A stretch of 64,000 nucleotides of DNA from Tubulanus polymorphus (lineage: Eukaryota; Animalia; Nemertea): assembly GCF_964204645.1 (NCBI RefSeq), contig NC_134031.1, positions 11,968,088 to 12,032,087 of the forward strand, in the 5' to 3' direction. The position numbers and the translations under genes were made by a program. Numbering within the stretch: the stretch's first letter is position 1; each line of letters begins with the position of its first letter. Below the pieces are notes generated by a model. That model saw only the letters and a list, made by a program, of their open reading frames with translations, was not told the origin of the DNA and did no database searches. Of the stretch, positions 57,113 to 64,000 are shown in pieces.

Positions 57113-58191
57113 GTTTGGATTTATTTTATTAATTCGTATACATCCAGTTTGCAATCATGTAAAATGGGCGCCTCAAAATGTGAAATCACATTCACCTATA
57201 TTAAAATCATAATTGTACTGTCAAAGTTCCCATATAGTTCACGTATTTCAAATGTTATATGTTTCAAACTTGGTACGTAGGTAAGACATGGTCTGAGAAA
57301 CATTCCTTATACATTCCTTACATTCCATTATACCCCCACCTGGGCTGTAGTCTACCTGGTTTAAATGCACTGACACTGCAAATTATACTAATAGGGGAAC
57401 TGCAGTGAAAAACTAATTGGCCATTCATCTCTACTCATGTTGCTTAGCATAATACTAGTTGAAATTTCTAATTCTCCCTAATTAAATCATATACAACGAT
57501 TTTCATACTGTTATCACCAGAATTTATGGCAGATGAGAGCCGCCATATTTAAATTCTTAAGTGAGGTATGTAACATTGTTGATGTAGTCCTGACCCATCA
57601 CATACATGAGTGTGTACACAAATGGATACACTCATCAAAGATCTCCGTTGAAAATTGCTATTAAAATACTCCTGGGCTGTCAGTGGGGTCTCTCATATTA
57701 TTTATCCGTCCACTCAGTGAAACATATCCAAATAATTGCTGATGTGGCATTATCAGTGGTGCTAGTTTTCCGGAAATATCCTTCTGGAAATTTAAGATCG
57801 CCTCCATGGCACACTGATACAGTCACTCTCTATTTAGTACAGTCTTGAATGGTCTTGAATAAAATTTTGAGCAGCAATGAAATAATTGCCTAATATTGGC
57901 AGTGGAATGCTGTCATCTATTCATCTTATCAAATGTCCATTGTGTTCATTAGTTCGTCAGTATTGCTTTGTCTTACAACACGTGTTTATTAAGCCAGCCA
58001 TAGGCTGAGCCTATTACTATACAAATGGAGCGAATTTAAACGACATGGTTTCCAGAGTAAAGGCTCTTTGACTGTGCAACTGAGCATATATTCAAACAAA
58101 TCATTCATGAGAGCATTATCCATTCTCCAACCAATTTTGAAAGAGGGCTTCATTTTATGTGTGTGAATTCCTCCTTATAGCAAAGTATAAA

Positions 58192-59189
58192 CCCTTTCAA
58201 TACCACTACCGTATGGCATACGGTACAAATTGACAAGCTAGCATACCCGTACCGTATGTGATACAGTATCACTTAACCCTTCTTCTAGAAGGGCATATCT
58301 ATCAGTATCAGCCGGTGCTGCCATCTGCATAAAATCCAAGATGGCAACAGCCAGGAAAAAATAATTTGGCTGGATGAAATGGTTCAGCAGCTCGTATAGG
58401 CCTATGATGCTGACAGTGATGTTGGTGACTGGAAATTTGGTAGTGAACAAATTGAGAGTGACAACGAATATGACAGCAGCAGTTCAGATGATGAGACTTA
58501 GTCAAAAAATAGGTTTATAGTGCCGGCTATGATTTTGATGATGAAAATGAAATCAGTGACAATTTTTTAGACCCTGTTGATACGGTTGTCATGGCAACGG
58601 ACACCAATAACAAAAATGAATAACCAGAAACTGTCCATCCTCAAGGTCACATATATCCAAATAATTTGTCTTATTTGTAAGCCCAATGGTCATCAACACC
58701 ATGGTATACAATGTATCAGTCTCAAACACATATACGTAACAATTTTCTGAGGCCTGAAATTATACCCCAATGAAACCCCTTACATCTGGCCTTCTGACAT
58801 ATCATGGTAAATAAGTGGAAAAATAAACTTTTTAGTTGTTCTATTGCTTTGAAATTTTAACTACATAAAGTAAGGATATATGGCATACAATTTCAGTTGG
58901 AATTGAATAGATCAGTGCATTTTGCTGGGAGACAGAGCACTTTATCTGAAACTTAATCATTAATTTTTTTCATGGCGGCCATCGTGGAGTATGTGACCTT
59001 GACCTCAAGTTCACTTATATCCAAATTATTTATGTCTACATTGTTGCCCCAAAAGTTATCAACAACATGCTATATAAATTTTCTGTGTCAGATACCTTGG
59101 TAACTATTTATGAAGTTTCAAATATACCCCTATAAACCCCTAAATTCCCTCCGGTACAGCAGCGGAGACACTATGTGGTATGGAAAGGG
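58192..59189. mobile_element. piggyBac-type non-autonomous element
   Basis: TIR CCCTTTC(A/C)ATACCA at both ends, TTAA on the right and TAAA on the left. Confidence 0.65.
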
Positions 59190-60199
59190 TTAAATTGACA
59201 AAGAGTAAGCGATCAGAACCGCGACGAGCATTCCATAAATAAACCAATCGGATTTCAGGACTGTACTAATACATTGTGACAACAGTCGCGACAATATGAG
59301 CTTTTGGGTGGAATATTCTTATTTGCGCCACAGAAAATATCACTGACAATTGTGCAAAGTCCACGAAAAATAGCTTTTTCTCAAATCGGATGGATGACCT
59401 TGATATGCTAATTAGCCATGTGCTCAAATTGCAAATTCAATTTTATTCTGCAACAAATATCAAATCCAATTCAATTTGAAAAGCCTTGAATTCAGCACCT
59501 TGGTCTTGAATATTGATTTTAGGGCCCTAAATTTCGAAAATGTTGGAAATCTGTAGATTTATGATTGTTTTTTGTAATGATGGAAATTTTGATTACACCG
59601 TGACGATGTCTGATGCACGGTAAATAAATTGTATTGATTTCTTTTTTTATCCTTGGAGATCTATGTTGTACAGTAGGTATCTATTTGAGTCATTGGGGAA
59701 AACCCACTACTATATATATATATGATGAATCATCATTCAGTCGTGTGTGATTACTGCATGCATAGCGCTTTTCATGGAGATGATGTCAATTTACTTTGAC
59801 CATGGATCCTCTCTGAAATCCTGCCAAAAACATCTGGTTGAAAAAAGTTGTGTTTTCATCAGATTTAATTAACTCTTATCAGACCAGGCTTCCTAATTTC
59901 AACAATACCCTCTCAGACCAGGTTTTCAATAGACTAATTACAATAAAACAAAGGCCCTTTTTTAAAGTCCTGTAGCTCCTAAAATATGGTGACCCTCAAT
60001 ACGCAAAAAAAGTTTATGAATGCATTCATTTGTGGTGGAAAATCATCATAAATCGTGATAAAACATGCGATTTTTGATGATTTTTGAAAACAAAAATTAC
60101 TACTGGTTACCTAGCAAATATGATGTCTAATGTATGGTATATAAATCGTTTTAATTTCTTTTTTATCCTTGGAGACCTATGTTGTACAGTAGGTTTCAA

Positions 60200-60860
60200 C
60201 AAATACTTAAAACAAAGTTGCCTACGGAGCTCTGCGTGAAATATCAAAATTGTCCTACCTTACTGCTGGTAATTTGCATCAAAGTAGCAGTACAGTTTTT
60301 ACACCGGAATGATGTCTGTTTTCGTTAAACATATATATTATCAACCCTCTTTGTGCACACAACACAATCAGTTTTCCCACCATCAGATCTTTAAATAAAA
60401 TGGCGTTCTGTGAGACGAAACTCATTGTCAACGAGGCTCGGTTTTCTGCCTTTCCTTTTTTCGACGTTTGGAGTATATCCTTCTCGCAACTGATGGGCAA
60501 TTTTAAGTCTTAATGTTCTATCCATCGGTTTTTCAGTGACGCTCTCGTAAAGAATGAACAAATTAGTAATTGACGATACAACGATATGCATATGCATTTT
60601 AGAGCTTGGTGTTCATCACAAAAATACAAATTCATCTGATCGTTTCGATCAACGCCACTCATGAAGTGGTTATAGTATCTATTGCACTATGTTTTCGACA
60701 GTTCTATGCCCTTCTTGTGCAGTTCTATCTCACACACATTTTTCAACATTTGTTTTGTCATGGATAGACAATAAAAGACAAACCAAATGCTTATCTACCC
60801 AGTCGATGGCTAGAATATTCACATTGTGCATAAACATTGGTGAAATAGCAACTGACCTCT
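60200..60860 (-). pseudogene. piggyBac transposase C-terminal remnant
   Basis: WVDKHLVCLLLSIH, YYNHFMSGVDRNDQM and LRLKIAHQL motifs; frameshifted. Confidence 0.75.
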
Positions 60861-62499
60861 GGGAATATAGTCATCATTATTCACTATGTGAAGGAAGCGC
60901 ATAATAGCAATAAACCTACTACGGCTCATGATTTTCTGTACAGCTGGTGTTTCTATCAGTTTGTCGGTTGACCAATAGTTCTTGAATTCCCCTTTTCTAC
61001 GCAGATGCTGAATTTTGAAAAAGGGCCTCGTTAGGATTTATATGAGCTTTTTCACAAAAATCTGAACGCAAATATACCTGTTTTAAAAAGCCAATCAGAT
61101 AGCAAAGACTCCTCTATGATTTGCATAGCCACAGAGATCAGCAGGTGTTCACTTGAACCCGCGGTATCGTCAACTGTTTTACTTTATTTTACTTCGGGTT
61201 TTATTTTAAGATAAAAAATCGTATTTCAAGATCGATTTATCTTTAGTTGATTTGGTATTTGGGAGGAATATGTTTACATGCACTTCAGAAATATCATCGA
61301 CAATTATGCAAAGTTAGAAAATTAGCTTTTCCTCAAATCGAATGGATGACCTTGATATGCTAATTAGCCATGTGCCCAAACTGCAAAGTAAATTTCTAAT
61401 GATCCTGCATGTGCTGCCATTTTCAGCCAATTCAACGATCTAAAAATCAGTATCCTGCACAGGATTGAGACTGATCCAATGCTAGAGAACACTCATAAAA
61501 CACTGCAAGTCCCAATTCCTCAATACAAGTGACTTGCAGAACAACTGAAAGGAATTTAAAATTGAACAAAAAATAAAAAAGAGCCTCTATGACACACATT
61601 GGAAACAAATCCAATAAACAGTGTCAATCCTTAGCCACAATCCTTTGAACACAAAAACCATCCATGAATTGGAACACAATTCAATAACGTAGAATCAATA
61701 ATCTCATTTATTGTATTGGCGAGTCAGCTCCGAATACAAAAATCACCAGATGTGACTACATCGCTATGACTAAATGTGAAATGCGGAAAAAATTCCCAAT
61801 GCCTTGAATGTATATATTTATACTCATGTACAATATATGTGCTCTCTATTAGGATGCTGCACCTATAAACTCAAGTATGCATGCCAATATATTTGCAGTA
61901 TGCTATGTCTCTCTATATTAACTACTGTTAACCTGTTGGTATGACTCATTGGCACAACTTAAAAGACTACAAATTGATTAACAAACACACACGTAACACG
62001 TAACACAACATATGCACATATACACGTAAGTAAAGATCCCTCACATAAATCCCAGTAAAAACCCGTGAAGGATTTATTCCCTGAAATCCAAATATGGAAT
62101 CAGGCAAAACCATAGAATAAATATATGCAACTCGGAAACTCTAAAGACGGTTTTCCATGTCTCATGCTGGAACTGCTGCTAAAGCCATCCATCCAACAAA
62201 ATCTGCAGTAATCCATAGCACCAGATAATGGCTATCCGGCTCTGTCATGAGTTATACTGTCTAACTTCCAAACGCTACTACAATCACCTGCAATACATTA
62301 AAATGTGAGTTTGCAATAACTAACAGGAGCGGGCAGGGTGGGCGTTATTATACCTCTTCCATTCACTCATAAAATTATAATTTACACTGATACATTACAC
62401 TGATAAAATTAGGAAATTTTATTTCATTCACTCCATACATAGGTATAATAACGTATGTTCAACGCTAAAAATCCAGTGACGGAATAGATAACTAATGTT

Positions 62500-64000
62500 A
62501 AGCTAACACACTCCAAGTACTTCCATTAACTGGTACTATCCTACTGCAAGCCTAGCAGTAGTCGCAGCTTTTCCAAAAAGTTCATACAATAATTCTCTGC
62601 AATTTTGCCTTATAAAAATCTGAACCACTTGTTAGGTGATAGAGAACTCCACCACTGGTGCGTGGATACCTAGAGACACAGACTTGAAATTGTTATGACT
62701 CCAATTTCCTCAGCTCAGGATGAGTGACCAACTCGACTCCTATGACCTGTCCCAATGATGCCGGTATTCATAAAATATTGGCTGATCCGTCAGCCTCGAC
62801 ATTAACCAACCCTGACCAATGCTCTGTGGCTGGCGCCTCAAGGTAACACTTCTATTATGCCAGTCTATTATGCCCGCAAAATCCAGGCCCATGCTGGAAA
62901 CAAGCATTTTGTTAAAATCATGCTAACATGGTTAAGGCCTTTTAATATTACATAATTCAGTGTCCATGCAACTCTAGCAGACCTGTTAGATATCTATAGA
63001 AATGCTTCAGGTCGTATATGACCCCACTGATCGAATTCATATCCTTAAGGAAAATTCTGATTAACGACCTATAGGAGCCCTGTACCTCTATTGGGGCTAC
63101 CCGAGAGGATGGTATTGAAACCAGTAGCACTCACAGGCATGTGACGCCTAATCCAAAGGACTACATTTACTGGGCACTGAACCCAGCCCTTTGTGGGAAA
63201 ATTAAATTTCCCTTCCGTCACCAGCCCTAGGATGAACCATGGCCTAGCAGAAGCTTCTCCACGATTCAACTGCTTAAGGTGCATTTGTTTTGCAGTGACA
63301 TTCACCGACAAATTCATAAATATTAGATTATTATTCATTTGAGAAAATCAAAATGATCTTCATATCTGATTCACCTTGTTCCTAGAACCTGATCATGGAC
63401 AGGTCGATGTATTGAGTCACCCTTGAGTCAACAGGCTCAGCATAAATGCCCATACTCTATGGTCAGTTCCTTAGAGGCCTATACATACTCAAGGCTAGGT
63501 GTTATAGGAATCAATTTCCATGTAGGCCCAATCACCTTACACTTATGAAATCCACAGTTGCGTAGAATGCCTATAACCCCATAACGGCATTGTATTGTCT
63601 ACTTTTGCTATGTAGGGAGTCTATGCACCCTTGTCAATGCATTCTGCACATTGTAACGAGTGGGAAAAACCCCGCAAAGGGATCCCTGTGTAACTATTTG
63701 ACTAGTCCCCTGTCTCCGATCAACATTAATCAGCATCCAGCCCGGTTGACCAGAACAGTCTCACGACTGTCACTCATCAGTCAACTGATACTGAGAATCA
63801 CCATTGTATGAAGTCATCAGAATGTGACATCTTACTCCAGCCAGAAACCATAGATGTTTCCGGCGACCAACCGTAACGCTGAACTGTCAGTGGAGGACTC
63901 TGCAGATTCCATGACCTACAGTGCCCAGAAAGGGATCATCCAATATCTTCACATAGGTCCTCAGTGGCTGATTCGCAAAGCTCTGTATTTCAGCACCTGA
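62500..64000 (-). pseudogene. Highly decayed LTR-retrotransposon integrase-like remnant
   Basis: RHMPVSATGFN resembles the Gypsy integrase RxTPHSATGFSP motif; heavily disrupted and boundaries approximate. Confidence 0.35.

Overview
Metazoan (invertebrate-like) genomic DNA. The first ~39.6 kb is a nest of mobile elements inside a minus-strand Gypsy LTR retrotransposon (LTR 39266-39609, tRNA-Lys PBS, decayed gag-pol). Three insertions sit in it: a left-truncated Polinton/Maverick-like endogenous virus A (<1-16046, in the Gypsy integrase), a foreign solo LTR (18837-19454, in gag), and a complete related Polinton B (20653-38925; 458-bp TIRs, 6-bp TSD CACAAG, in the 5' leader). Both Polintons encode pPolB with an EndoVII/HNH insert, a penton, a major capsid protein, a packaging ATPase, a chromodomain integrase and several membrane proteins, but no recognisable adenain protease and no RNA polymerase. 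Four unusual features stand out. (1) 27 of 31 scorable gene starts sit in the poxvirus late-promoter initiator TAAATG, usually behind a T-run. (2) A encodes a zinc-finger protein fused to a poxvirus A2/VLTF3-like late transcription factor. (3) A's polymerase has a 355-aa LAGLIDADG intein in the catalytic YxD/TD motif, while B has the empty allele 20 kb away. (4) B's ends are 266-nt imperfect AT-rich hairpins. My inference is an endogenous, virophage-like Polinton family that uses the cytoplasmic transcription machinery of a pox-like helper virus. The remaining ~24 kb holds five coding exons of a host CCDC50-like gene, with introns filled by MITEs, Helentron-type repeats bearing CTCF/YY1-like motifs, a LINE fragment and piggyBac remnants. 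All family calls are by eye; no database search was run.
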